61,746 nt of DNA from an uncultured Candidatus Cloacimonadota bacterium (GTDB lineage: Bacteria > Cloacimonadota > Cloacimonadia > Cloacimonadales > Cloacimonadaceae). A model generated the notes under the pieces. That model was not told where the DNA came from. It made no database searches and worked only from the letters and a program-made list of their open reading frames with translations. Position 1 is the first letter of the stretch, and every line of letters starts with the position of its first letter. The stretch spans positions 1-61,746 of the forward strand of contig CAYZZE010000001.1 of NCBI GenBank assembly GCA_964482845.1, read 5' to 3'. Of the stretch, positions 47,085 through 54,971 are shown piece after piece. The position numbers were made by a program, and so were the translations under genes.

Positions 47085-48543
47085 TACAAGAACGATTTAT
47101 CTTCTCATCCTGCTAATCTTTATCAGCATGTTGTTCCTTTTTACCGGCTGCGATTCAGGTGATAGGACCTACAGCATCAAAGGCAGGGTGGAACTGATCC
47201 CCCTGGAGAAGTATGGAATTGAAGTGCCGAGAGATTTTGCCAATGTGACCGTGCTCGCTTACCGGACGGTAGCGATCGATCCGGTGATGGCTGATCTGAA
47301 TGCATCGCATCCCAATCATGGGGTTGTCTTTGATCAGAGTGTAGTTTTCGACCATCGCTTGGGGATTCCCCATGCCACTACACAAACTGCGGCTGATGGA
47401 CAATTCACTATTAAAAAACTATCCGAGGGGAGATACAATATTGTTGCTTACAGAGAAGACTGGGGATTTAAGTACTTGTTAGATGTGAATGTGCAGGATG
47501 ACATCAATGGACTGACGATACACGTGCCACCGGTTATCGATCTGCCACTGCAGTTAAGCTCAGATTATCAGATGATCGATGGAGTTGTGTACCGTGCAAC
47601 AAGCGATATGATAGTACTACCGGACCAAAAACTAAGCGCCCACGGAAACCATACAATTATGTTAGCACCAAACTCCAGTTTAAGTATCTATGGCGGTATA
47701 AATGTCATCGATAACGCAACCGTCAGATTTATGTCATCAGATAAGACATACAGTCATTCTCAAACGGAAGTTGGCAGGTTTAACCAGATTAACATTGTAG
47801 GCATATCCGATCAAATCCTGCAAGGTCTCAGAATTAGAGATAGCATGTATGGAATAAGGGTGACGAACTGCGGAAGGATTAGTATATTGAACTCGGTATT
47901 TGAGGGTTTCTACCAATCGCTTATACTATCCAATACACAGAATATCAATATTTCAAAATGTGTATTTAGCAAATCCACCGATTCATCACTCGGTGCTCTT
48001 TATGGGGAGTTTGTGCAGAATATCACTATCGAAAGATCTGTGTTTTATGACAATGCAATTGGCATGACTCTGACAGGTTGCCATCCGGGTTTGGTCAAGA
48101 ATAACTATTTTAAAAACAACAGCGTACGGGACGTGCATAGCGGGACGTCATCAGTAACAACGATCGAATACAATGCATTCCCAAATTCAATTACTGCCAT
48201 AACCAATTTTGCCGGGACGATCGAGGCATATTACAACGATATAACAGCCGTGACGGGGATACATAGTTATCAAAATGCCGCGACATTCACGGCTCGATAC
48301 AACAATCTTGACTGCACAGAGTATGGGATAATCAGCAAGGGCACCTTTGGAGGGACGGGCATCAGGGAAATGATCGCCACCAATAATTTCTGGTTCACAA
48401 CATCAGCTTCCGAAATCGAGCAGAAGATATATGACCGTAATGACGAAGATCCTCAGAATCCCAATTATGATCTACTGAAAACGGTGGTAATCTATCGGCC
48501 CTATGCCCATAACCGGATATCTGCTGCCGGGTTACGGAACTAA
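47077..48543 (+). CDS. Lipoprotein with a carboxypeptidase-regulatory-like N-domain and right-handed parallel beta-helix repeats
   Basis: Lipobox LFLFTGC. DGQFTIKKLSEGRYNIVAY is CarboxypepD_reg-like. Repeated 22-25-aa segments (ILNSVFEG, ISKCVFSK, IERSVFYDN, VKNNYFKNN) are typical of PbH1 repeats. Confidence 0.55.
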   Translation: MNNTRTIYLLILLIFISMLFLFTGCDSGDRTYSIKGRVELIPLEKYGIEVPRDFANVTVLAYRTVAIDPVMADLNASHPNHGVVFDQSVVFDHRLGIPHATTQTAADGQFTIKKLSEGRYNIVAYREDWGFKYLLDVNVQDDINGLTIHVPPVIDLPLQLSSDYQMIDGVVYRATSDMIVLPDQKLSAHGNHTIMLAPNSSLSIYGGINVIDNATVRFMSSDKTYSHSQTEVGRFNQINIVGISDQILQGLRIRDSMYGIRVTNCGRISILNSVFEGFYQSLILSNTQNINISKCVFSKSTDSSLGALYGEFVQNITIERSVFYDNAIGMTLTGCHPGLVKNNYFKNNSVRDVHSGTSSVTTIEYNAFPNSITAITNFAGTIEAYYNDITAVTGIHSYQNAATFTARYNNLDCTEYGIISKGTFGGTGIREMIATNNFWFTTSASEIEQKIYDRNDEDPQNPNYDLLKTVVIYRPYAHNRISAAGLRN

Positions 48544-48546
48544 TCC

Positions 48547-49629
48547 ATGAATTACCTCATCGACATCAACCACCCGGCTCAGGTGCATTATTTTCGCAAT
48601 CTATATCCTATCCTCGGAGCGCGGCACAAGATCATCTATACTGCAAAGGAAGTTCCGGTCATCAGGCGTCTCTTGGCGGCATATGGCATACCATTCGTCA
48701 GTTACGGAACGAAAAAAGACGGTCTCCTGAGCAAGGCGACCACCCAGATCAAATATGACTGGCAATGCTACCATCTGCTGAAAGAACACGATATCGACAT
48801 TACTCTGGGCTCTTCGGCATCAAACGTCCATGCCGCACTCCTGACCAAAGCGATTTCCATTGCTACGACCGATAGCGATCTGGCGGTGTTGCCGCTGGCG
48901 GTGAAGTTTGTCTATCCCTTTGCCGATTATCTGATGACTCCCGATGCCTTGGCATTCCAGAAACACAACAAGCAGATCTGTTATCCTGGATACCAGGAAC
49001 TGGCATACCTACACCCCAAGCGATTTACTCCTGACCCGGAGGTCTTGACGCAATGCGGCATCAAAGAGGGAGAGATCTTCTTTGTCCTGCGTTTTACGGC
49101 GTTTAAGGCACATCATGATATCGGGATGCACGGGCTGTCCAAAATCCAGAAACGGGAATTGGTCAATCTACTCTCCGAGTATGGACGGGTGTTTATCACT
49201 TCCGAGGTCATTGACGCTGAGTTTGAGCGGTATGCCCTGCCTATCGAACCACACAAGATCCATTCGCTGATGTCTTATGCCACAATGCTGATCTGCGACA
49301 GCCAGACAATGACCACCGAAGCGGCGATCCTGGGCACTCCCGCCTTTCGTTGCAATACCTTTGCCGGCAAACTGACGGTGATCGAGGAAGTGGAAAAGCG
49401 CTATGGGCTTGCCTTTAGTTTTTTGCCACGCCATTATGATTGGATGCTCGCCAAGATCAAGGAGATGTTACACCGCCCCGACTTGAAAGAAGAATGGAGC
49501 CAAAGACGGCGTATTCTGTTGGCAGATAAGATCGATGTGACGGCATACTGGGCTTGGCTCCTGGAGAATGCTCCCGGTTCCCTGGTTCAGACCAAGCAAG
49601 GGAAAGTGGATTTTGATCAGTTCCGGTAA
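48547..49629 (+). CDS. DUF354-family protein (GT-B-like, function unknown)
   Basis: MNYLIDINHPAQVHYFRNL... matches the DUF354 N-terminal pattern as I recall it. 360 aa. Confidence 0.5.
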   Translation: MNYLIDINHPAQVHYFRNLYPILGARHKIIYTAKEVPVIRRLLAAYGIPFVSYGTKKDGLLSKATTQIKYDWQCYHLLKEHDIDITLGSSASNVHAALLTKAISIATTDSDLAVLPLAVKFVYPFADYLMTPDALAFQKHNKQICYPGYQELAYLHPKRFTPDPEVLTQCGIKEGEIFFVLRFTAFKAHHDIGMHGLSKIQKRELVNLLSEYGRVFITSEVIDAEFERYALPIEPHKIHSLMSYATMLICDSQTMTTEAAILGTPAFRCNTFAGKLTVIEEVEKRYGLAFSFLPRHYDWMLAKIKEMLHRPDLKEEWSQRRRILLADKIDVTAYWAWLLENAPGSLVQTKQGKVDFDQFR

Positions 49630-49697
49630 TGCTCTGATGCCAAGAAATCAACTCCCAATAAGGACATGACACTCATGCAAGAGATAGAGGAAGAAAA

Positions 49698-50711
49698 ATG
49701 TTTAACAACAAGATTATAATGATCACCGGCGGCACCGGCTCTTTTGGCAATACCGTGCTCAATCGTTTTCTGGATACCGGAGTAAAAGAGATCCGGATAT
49801 TCAGCCGGGACGAGAAAAAACAGGATGATATGCGCAAAGATTACCGGAATGACAAGATCAAGTTCCATTTGGGTGACGTCCGTGATTATGACAGCGTGTT
49901 CAATGCCATGCAAGGGGTGGACTATGCGTTTCATGCCGCAGCCCTGAAGCAAGTGCCATCCTGTGAGTTCTTTCCGGTGCAGGCGGTCAAGACCAATATC
50001 CTCGGTGCCGAGAATGTGATCAGGGCTGCCATTGCCAATCAAATCAGCAAAGTAATCGTTCTTTCCACCGATAAGGCGGTCTATCCGATCAATGCCATGG
50101 GTATGTCCAAAGCGCTGATGGAAAAGGTAATGGTGGCTTATTCCCGGCAGCAGCCAGATAATGGGACTGTCCTCTGTGGGACGCGTTATGGCAACGTAAT
50201 GGCATCACGTGGTTCGGTCATACCGCTTTTTATCGAACAGATCAAGGCAGGTAAGCCCATTACTATCACCGATCCCGACATGACGAGGTATCTGATGTCG
50301 CTGGAAGAAGCGGTGGAATTGGTTGTGTATGCCTATCAGAATGGAGTGCAGGGTGACATCTTTGTCCAAAAATCGCCGGCATCCACGATCCAAGACCTGG
50401 CACAGGCACTTATCGAACTATTTCATGCCAATACTGAAATCCGCATCATTGGTACCCGGCATGGAGAAAAGAAACACGAGACGCTGATCAACCGGGAAGA
50501 AATGGCAAAGGCAGTTGACCTCCCGGGTTACTTTCGGATTCCCGCTGATACACGTGACCTGAACTATGACAAATACTTCAGCAATGGTGAAGCTAAGGTC
50601 ACTGAAATCGAGGAATACACATCAGAAAATACGTACCGCCTCAGCATCCCGGAGATTAAGGAGAAACTGCTATCTCTTCAGTATGTGAGAGACGAACTGG
50701 GTTCCAACTGA
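49698..50711 (+). CDS. fnlA: UDP-GlcNAc 4,6-dehydratase/5-epimerase (FnlA/CapE/WbjB)
   Basis: Near-collinear identity with the remembered S. aureus CapE sequence: ITGGTGSFGN, EIRIFSRDEKKQDDMR, HAAALKQVPSCEFFP, CGTRYGNVMASRGSVIPLFI, ITDPDMTRYLMSLEEAVELV, GTRHGEKKHETL. Confidence 0.93.
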   Translation: MFNNKIIMITGGTGSFGNTVLNRFLDTGVKEIRIFSRDEKKQDDMRKDYRNDKIKFHLGDVRDYDSVFNAMQGVDYAFHAAALKQVPSCEFFPVQAVKTNILGAENVIRAAIANQISKVIVLSTDKAVYPINAMGMSKALMEKVMVAYSRQQPDNGTVLCGTRYGNVMASRGSVIPLFIEQIKAGKPITITDPDMTRYLMSLEEAVELVVYAYQNGVQGDIFVQKSPASTIQDLAQALIELFHANTEIRIIGTRHGEKKHETLINREEMAKAVDLPGYFRIPADTRDLNYDKYFSNGEAKVTEIEEYTSENTYRLSIPEIKEKLLSLQYVRDELGSN

Positions 50712-50725
50712 GAATATTTATCTGA

Positions 50726-51157
50726 CACCACCGAGGACACTGAGAACACCGAAAATGATTTTCGAAAAGGACTTGAGCGATAAGATAATTGGTTGTGCCA
50801 TTGAAGTTCATAAGCAACTTGGATCCGTTTACATGGAGAAACTTTACGAAAAAGCCATGCTGATAGAGCTTTCAGAAGCAGGACTCAAAACGAGAAACCA
50901 AGTTCCAATTCACGTGGTATTCAAGAATCATGTTATCGGGGACTACATACTTGATATTGTTGTCGAGGATAAAGTAATTCTTGAACTCAAAGCGTGTTCA
51001 AAAATAATCCCTGTGCATGAGGCTCAATTGATTCAATATCTACATACGTCAAAGTACAAAATAGGTTACATTATCAATTTTGGCAGTAACTATAAACTAG
51101 AGTTTGTTAGGAAAGTACTATGACGGTTTTCTCGGTGCTTTCGGTGTTCTCGGTGGT
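50726..51157 (+). mobile_element. GxxExxY cassette B: mini-gene boxed by inverted arms of caccgag-type 9-nt units
   Basis: The left arm at 50727-50754 reads accaccgag|gacactgag|aacaccgaa|a. The right arm at 51127-51157 has the reverse complement accaccgag|aacaccgaa|agcaccgag|aaaa. The left arm abuts the ATG, and the right arm ends 10 nt before the fnlB ATG. Mobility is not demonstrated. Confidence 0.45.
50755..51123 (+). CDS. GxxExxY-family protein (PD-(D/E)XK fold), variant first motif (VYMEKLY)
   Basis: 122 aa. LDIVVEDKVILELKA gives D...E.K. QLIQYLHTSKYKIGYIINFG tail. The Gly of GxxExxY is displaced by two residues. Confidence 0.8.
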   Translation: MIFEKDLSDKIIGCAIEVHKQLGSVYMEKLYEKAMLIELSEAGLKTRNQVPIHVVFKNHVIGDYILDIVVEDKVILELKACSKIIPVHEAQLIQYLHTSKYKIGYIINFGSNYKLEFVRKVL

Positions 51158-51166
51158 TAAAACAAC

Positions 51167-52402
51167 ATGAAAAAGAGAATTGGTATTACCGGACAGGCAG
51201 GATTTATCGGCACTCACCTGTACAACACCCTCGGCTTGTCCGGAGATCGTTTTGCAAGAATTTCCTTTGAAGACGGTTTCTTCTATTCGGAGGGATTACT
51301 GGATGATTTTGTTCGTAAGTGCGATGTGATCGTGCATCTGGCAGCCGTCAACCGTCACGCTGAGCCAGAAGTTCTCTACAAGACAAATATCGAATTGGTT
51401 CGCAAGCTGATAGCATCAATGGATAGGAATAAGGTTTCACCGTATGTCATATTGAGTTCTTCATTGCAAGAGGAAAGGGACAACCTCTATGGCAGGTCGA
51501 AAAGGGAAGGCAGAGAACTATTTAATCAGTGGGCGGATAGAACGGGTGCAAGTTTCAGCGGATTGATCATCCCCAATGTCTTCGGTCCCTTTGGGGTGCC
51601 GTATTACAATTCCGTGATATCGACCTTCTCTCACCAGATAGTGATTGGAGAAGAACCAAAAATAGAAGTGGATGCCGAACTGAAGTTGATCTATGTGGGT
51701 GATCTGGTGCAACGGATCATTTGTTTAATTGATAGTTACACCGATGTGACGGATAAAACGGATCAATACAGATTTATGACCGAAAGGACAACCACCGGGG
51801 ACACCGAAAACACCGAAAGTAATTCTCAATTCTCAATTATCAATTATCAATTGAACAAGCCGGAACGGCTTATCCAGGTTGAACATCAAGCGGTTTGTAA
51901 GGTGTCGGATTTATTGGCTAAGTTACTTGGATTTCATGGCGAGTATGTAGAAATGGGTGTTTTTCCTGATCTCAGAGATTATTTTGACGTATGTCTGTTC
52001 AATACTTTCCGTTCCTATCTGCCAGTGTCATTTTTCCCCCGACCCTTCAAAGTGAATAGCGATGATCGCGGCGTATTTGTGGAGGTGATGAAATACAGAT
52101 CCGGTGGGCAATCGTCCTATTCGACGACCAAACCGGGCATTACGAGGGGCAACCACTTCCATATCCGAAAAGTTGAACGATTTGCCGTGATCAAGGGCAA
52201 GGCATCCATCAAACTGAGAAAATTGGGGACAGATCAGATCATCGACTATCAGATCGACGGATCACAACCAGCGTATGTGGATATACCAGTGTGGTTTACA
52301 CACAACATCACGAACATGGGTGATGAAGAACTGGTGACACTATTTTGGATAAATGAGTTCTATGAACCACGTGACCCCGATACTTACTATGAAGAAATTT
52401 GA
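51167..52402 (+). CDS. fnlB: Bifunctional SDR + cupin enzyme of L-FucNAc synthesis (FnlB/CapF/WbjC) with an extra linker of about 37 aa
   Basis: N-terminal ITGQAGFIGTHL, VHLAAVNR, YGRSKREGE. C-terminal cupin DDRGVFVEVMK...KPGITRGNHFH...VDIPVWFTHNITNMGDEELVTLFW parallels S. aureus CapF. 411 aa against about 369 aa. Confidence 0.88.
   Translation: MKKRIGITGQAGFIGTHLYNTLGLSGDRFARISFEDGFFYSEGLLDDFVRKCDVIVHLAAVNRHAEPEVLYKTNIELVRKLIASMDRNKVSPYVILSSSLQEERDNLYGRSKREGRELFNQWADRTGASFSGLIIPNVFGPFGVPYYNSVISTFSHQIVIGEEPKIEVDAELKLIYVGDLVQRIICLIDSYTDVTDKTDQYRFMTERTTTGDTENTESNSQFSIINYQLNKPERLIQVEHQAVCKVSDLLAKLLGFHGEYVEMGVFPDLRDYFDVCLFNTFRSYLPVSFFPRPFKVNSDDRGVFVEVMKYRSGGQSSYSTTKPGITRGNHFHIRKVERFAVIKGKASIKLRKLGTDQIIDYQIDGSQPAYVDIPVWFTHNITNMGDEELVTLFWINEFYEPRDPDTYYEEI
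51791..51848 (+). repeat. Solo B-type arm plus heptamer tandem array, in frame inside fnlB/capF
   Basis: accaccggg|gacaccgaa|aacaccgaa|ag (51791-51819) is a paralog of the cassette B left arm. It is followed by aattctc aattctc aattatc aattatc (51821-51848). The tract translates as TTGDTENTESNSQFSIINYQL. Confidence 0.75.
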
Positions 52403-53015
52403 TTACCACCGAGAACACCGAGTTCACCGTTGCTATCTTCAGGATGCAATGTTGAAGACAAAAAGGTGTGTTATGCGACCCAAAGTTATCAAATAGAGAC
52501 CATTGCACATGTTGGGGTCACCGGATATTGAGATTATGAAATCGTGAGAAAGCAATATCATCTGCCTCCCTGCGTCATTGGATGTTAGGCGGTGGTTTCA
52601 ACCACCGTTTCGGATCGTGAGAGTACATACAACCCTACTGCGGATCTTCTGGGGATTATGCCTGTCAGATAGTTTGGCTACTCGTTGAGTCAACCGCTCT
52701 GAGTTATCTAACGGTCTCAAGAAGGTTTGGATTTAAGCGGAATAGTGCTTTCTCCTGCATTCTCCCTGCTTCATAACCTTAGTATAACCTTACGGTCGTA
52801 AGGTTATACTAAGGTTATACTAAGGTTATCAAGCAGGGAGGATAGCTCTAAGTCAACTCTCTGAGTTGTTCAACGGTCTTAATTAGTTTGTCAGATAAGG
52901 ATTTGTAAGTTTAACAGTTAGCTATCAGTTATGAAATCGAACGCCGACATAGCAATCCGCTACCAGTCGTATTTATGTTTGATGTTTCTCGGAACTTTCG
53001 GTGTTCTTGGTGGTA
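52403..53015 (+). repeat. B-type inverted arm pair with no GxxExxY gene between the arms
   Basis: The left arm ttaccaccgag|aacaccgag|ttcaccg (52403-52429) starts directly after the fnlB stop. The right arm at 52985-53015 has the reverse complement taccaccaag|aacaccgaa|agttccgag|aaa. The interior is occupied by composite repeat copy 5. Confidence 0.7.
52495..52883 (+). repeat. Composite intergenic repeat, copy 5 (M1, 60-nt end of the nested element, M2, hairpin, M3)
   Basis: M1 is agagaccattgcacatgttggggtcaccgg... (52495-52578). gatgttaggcggtggtttcaaccacc...ccctactg spans 52580-52640. M2 spans 52653-52760. The hairpin spans 52761-52842. M3 spans 52843-52883. Confidence 0.85.
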
Positions 53016-53035
53016 GTTATCGCAAAGGAAATTAA

Positions 53036-54151
53036 ATGTTAAAAGTAATGACTGTTGTCGGTACGAGACCCGAGATCATCCGGCTCTCAAGAGTGATGCC
53101 ACTTTTGGATCGGTACACCCGCCATATCCTGGTGCATACGGGACAGAACTACGATTACGAACTCAATCAGATATTCTTTGAAGATCTGGAATTACGTCAG
53201 CCTGACTATGTCTTGAACGTAAATACAACATCCTTGGGGCATGTTTTGGGGGAGACACTTATCAAGATCGAAGATGTCGTGGATAAAGAAAAACCGGATG
53301 CAATGCTGATCTTGGGCGATACCAATGCCAGCATCGCCGCTATCATGGCAAAACGCCGGCACATCCCGATCTATCACATGGAAGCCGGTAACCGCAGTTT
53401 TGACGAAAATGTGCCGGAGGAGATCAATCGCCGAATGATTGATCATATCGCCGATTTTAACCTCGTCTATACGGAAAACTCCCGGCGACATCTAATATCT
53501 GAGGGCTTACCGCACCGGCGCATTTACCTGACCGGTTCTCCGATGAATGAGGTCATTTCCTATTATCGACACAAGATTGAAAGATCCAACGTCTTGGAGG
53601 CATTGCAACTTAAGACAAAACAGTTCTTTCTGGTATCTGTACATCGGGAAGAGAATGTTGACAATCCGGAAAACCTGCATCAGATCATTGATGTCCTGAA
53701 CCAGTTGATACAGAAGTATAACCTTCCGGTGATAGTCAGCACACACCCAAGAACCCGAAAGCGACTTGAGTCACTCAATTCGATCAACCCTGACTCGCAA
53801 ATCAAATTCCTCAAGCCCTTCGGGTTCTGTGACTATAACTTCCTGCAGATGAATGCTCTATGTGTGATATCGGATAGTGGGACGATCAGTGAGGAGAGTT
53901 CAATCCTCCGTTTCCCAGCGATCACCATCAGAAATTCCATGGAGCGTCCGGAAGCAATTGATGCCGGGACTATCATTCTCAGCGGTTTCAACACCGATAT
54001 AGTGCTGGATTCTGTTGCTTTAGCAATGGATGAGCAAGCCAGGTGTGATAGAATCTGCCCCGAATATCAGGTTAGCAATACTTCCCACAGGGTTCTGAAA
54101 CTGATCCTTGGAACTGCGAAACTCCACAAGCAGTGGAGCGGGCTTAATTAA
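53036..54151 (+). CDS. fnlC: UDP-N-acetylglucosamine (UDP-L-talosamine-type) 2-epimerase, non-hydrolysing (FnlC/CapG/WbjD)
   Basis: MLKVMTVVGTRPEIIRLS, GDTNASIAA, HMEAGNRSFDENVPEEINRRMIDHI, SDSGTISEE. Third gene of the FnlABC set. Confidence 0.88.
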   Translation: MLKVMTVVGTRPEIIRLSRVMPLLDRYTRHILVHTGQNYDYELNQIFFEDLELRQPDYVLNVNTTSLGHVLGETLIKIEDVVDKEKPDAMLILGDTNASIAAIMAKRRHIPIYHMEAGNRSFDENVPEEINRRMIDHIADFNLVYTENSRRHLISEGLPHRRIYLTGSPMNEVISYYRHKIERSNVLEALQLKTKQFFLVSVHREENVDNPENLHQIIDVLNQLIQKYNLPVIVSTHPRTRKRLESLNSINPDSQIKFLKPFGFCDYNFLQMNALCVISDSGTISEESSILRFPAITIRNSMERPEAIDAGTIILSGFNTDIVLDSVALAMDEQARCDRICPEYQVSNTSHRVLKLILGTAKLHKQWSGLN

Positions 54152-54971
54152 GATCCACTGCGGTAGTTGTAACTTACCCGTGAAAGACTTCACTTTTGAT
54201 ATCTTCATTCTCTTAATAAAAAAACTCAAATCAGCGGGATATTCCTTCCAGACGATAAGGGATTATATTTACCGGCCGGAGAAGAGAGTCGTGTTGCTTC
54301 GTCATGATATCGATATCTGGGCGGGATTTAGCCGCACTTTTTCCAGGTTAGAGCAGAATTTGGGAGTTAGGGGAACCTATTACTACCGAACAATCAAGTA
54401 CTGCTTCGACCCTACTGTAATGAAACAGGTCGCCTTAGCGGGTCATGAGATCGGTTATCACTACGAAGATCTTACCAGTGCGGGTGGTGACGTTGATCTC
54501 GCTCTTGCTTCGTTTAATGTAAACCTCAAGAAGTTCAGACGGGTCTATCCGGTTGAAACAGTGTGCATGCATGGCAGATCCGGCTCGCCCCATGACAACA
54601 GAGATATCTGGAAACATGCCAATCTGGAGGATTACAATTTGATCGCAGAACCATACATCAGTCTCGATTTTAACCGCGTTCTATATCTCTCCGACACATC
54701 ACAGAGTTGGAATGACTCAGGGGTCGCTGTCAGAGACAAAGTGAAATCCAATATAGGAATGGATTTCAAATCAACATGGGATATTATACACAAGATAGAT
54801 GCCTTGCCTGACCAGATTATGTTCACGATACATCCGGAGTTATGGGCGCTCACTTATAGGGGGTGGTTACTAAGAAAAGCCGTATTTACGGGATACAACG
54901 CCTATAAAAAGCACTACAGAAATGTAAGGGTCTCTCCTGTTACCAGGCCTGTTGGGAGGAATAAAGAATGA
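54108..54971 (+). CDS. Polysaccharide-deacetylase-like protein (start uncertain; in-frame GTG at 54180 avoids overlap with fnlC)
   Basis: VVLLRHDIDIW...GHEIGYHYEDL...VCMHGRSGSPHDN resembles NodB/DUF-type deacetylase motifs (D-D, H-x-x-x-H). The ATG 54108 start would overlap fnlC by 44 nt. Confidence 0.5.
   Translation: MELRNSTSSGAGLIKIHCGSCNLPVKDFTFDIFILLIKKLKSAGYSFQTIRDYIYRPEKRVVLLRHDIDIWAGFSRTFSRLEQNLGVRGTYYYRTIKYCFDPTVMKQVALAGHEIGYHYEDLTSAGGDVDLALASFNVNLKKFRRVYPVETVCMHGRSGSPHDNRDIWKHANLEDYNLIAEPYISLDFNRVLYLSDTSQSWNDSGVAVRDKVKSNIGMDFKSTWDIIHKIDALPDQIMFTIHPELWALTYRGWLLRKAVFTGYNAYKKHYRNVRVSPVTRPVGRNKE

Noticed and set aside
51781-51860. Possibility that fnlB/capF is two genes or a frameshifted pseudogene at the repeat insert
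   Set aside because: The reading frame is continuous through the insert (411 aa, no stop). Both the SDR and cupin halves retain their motifs, so it is treated as an intact gene with an expanded linker.
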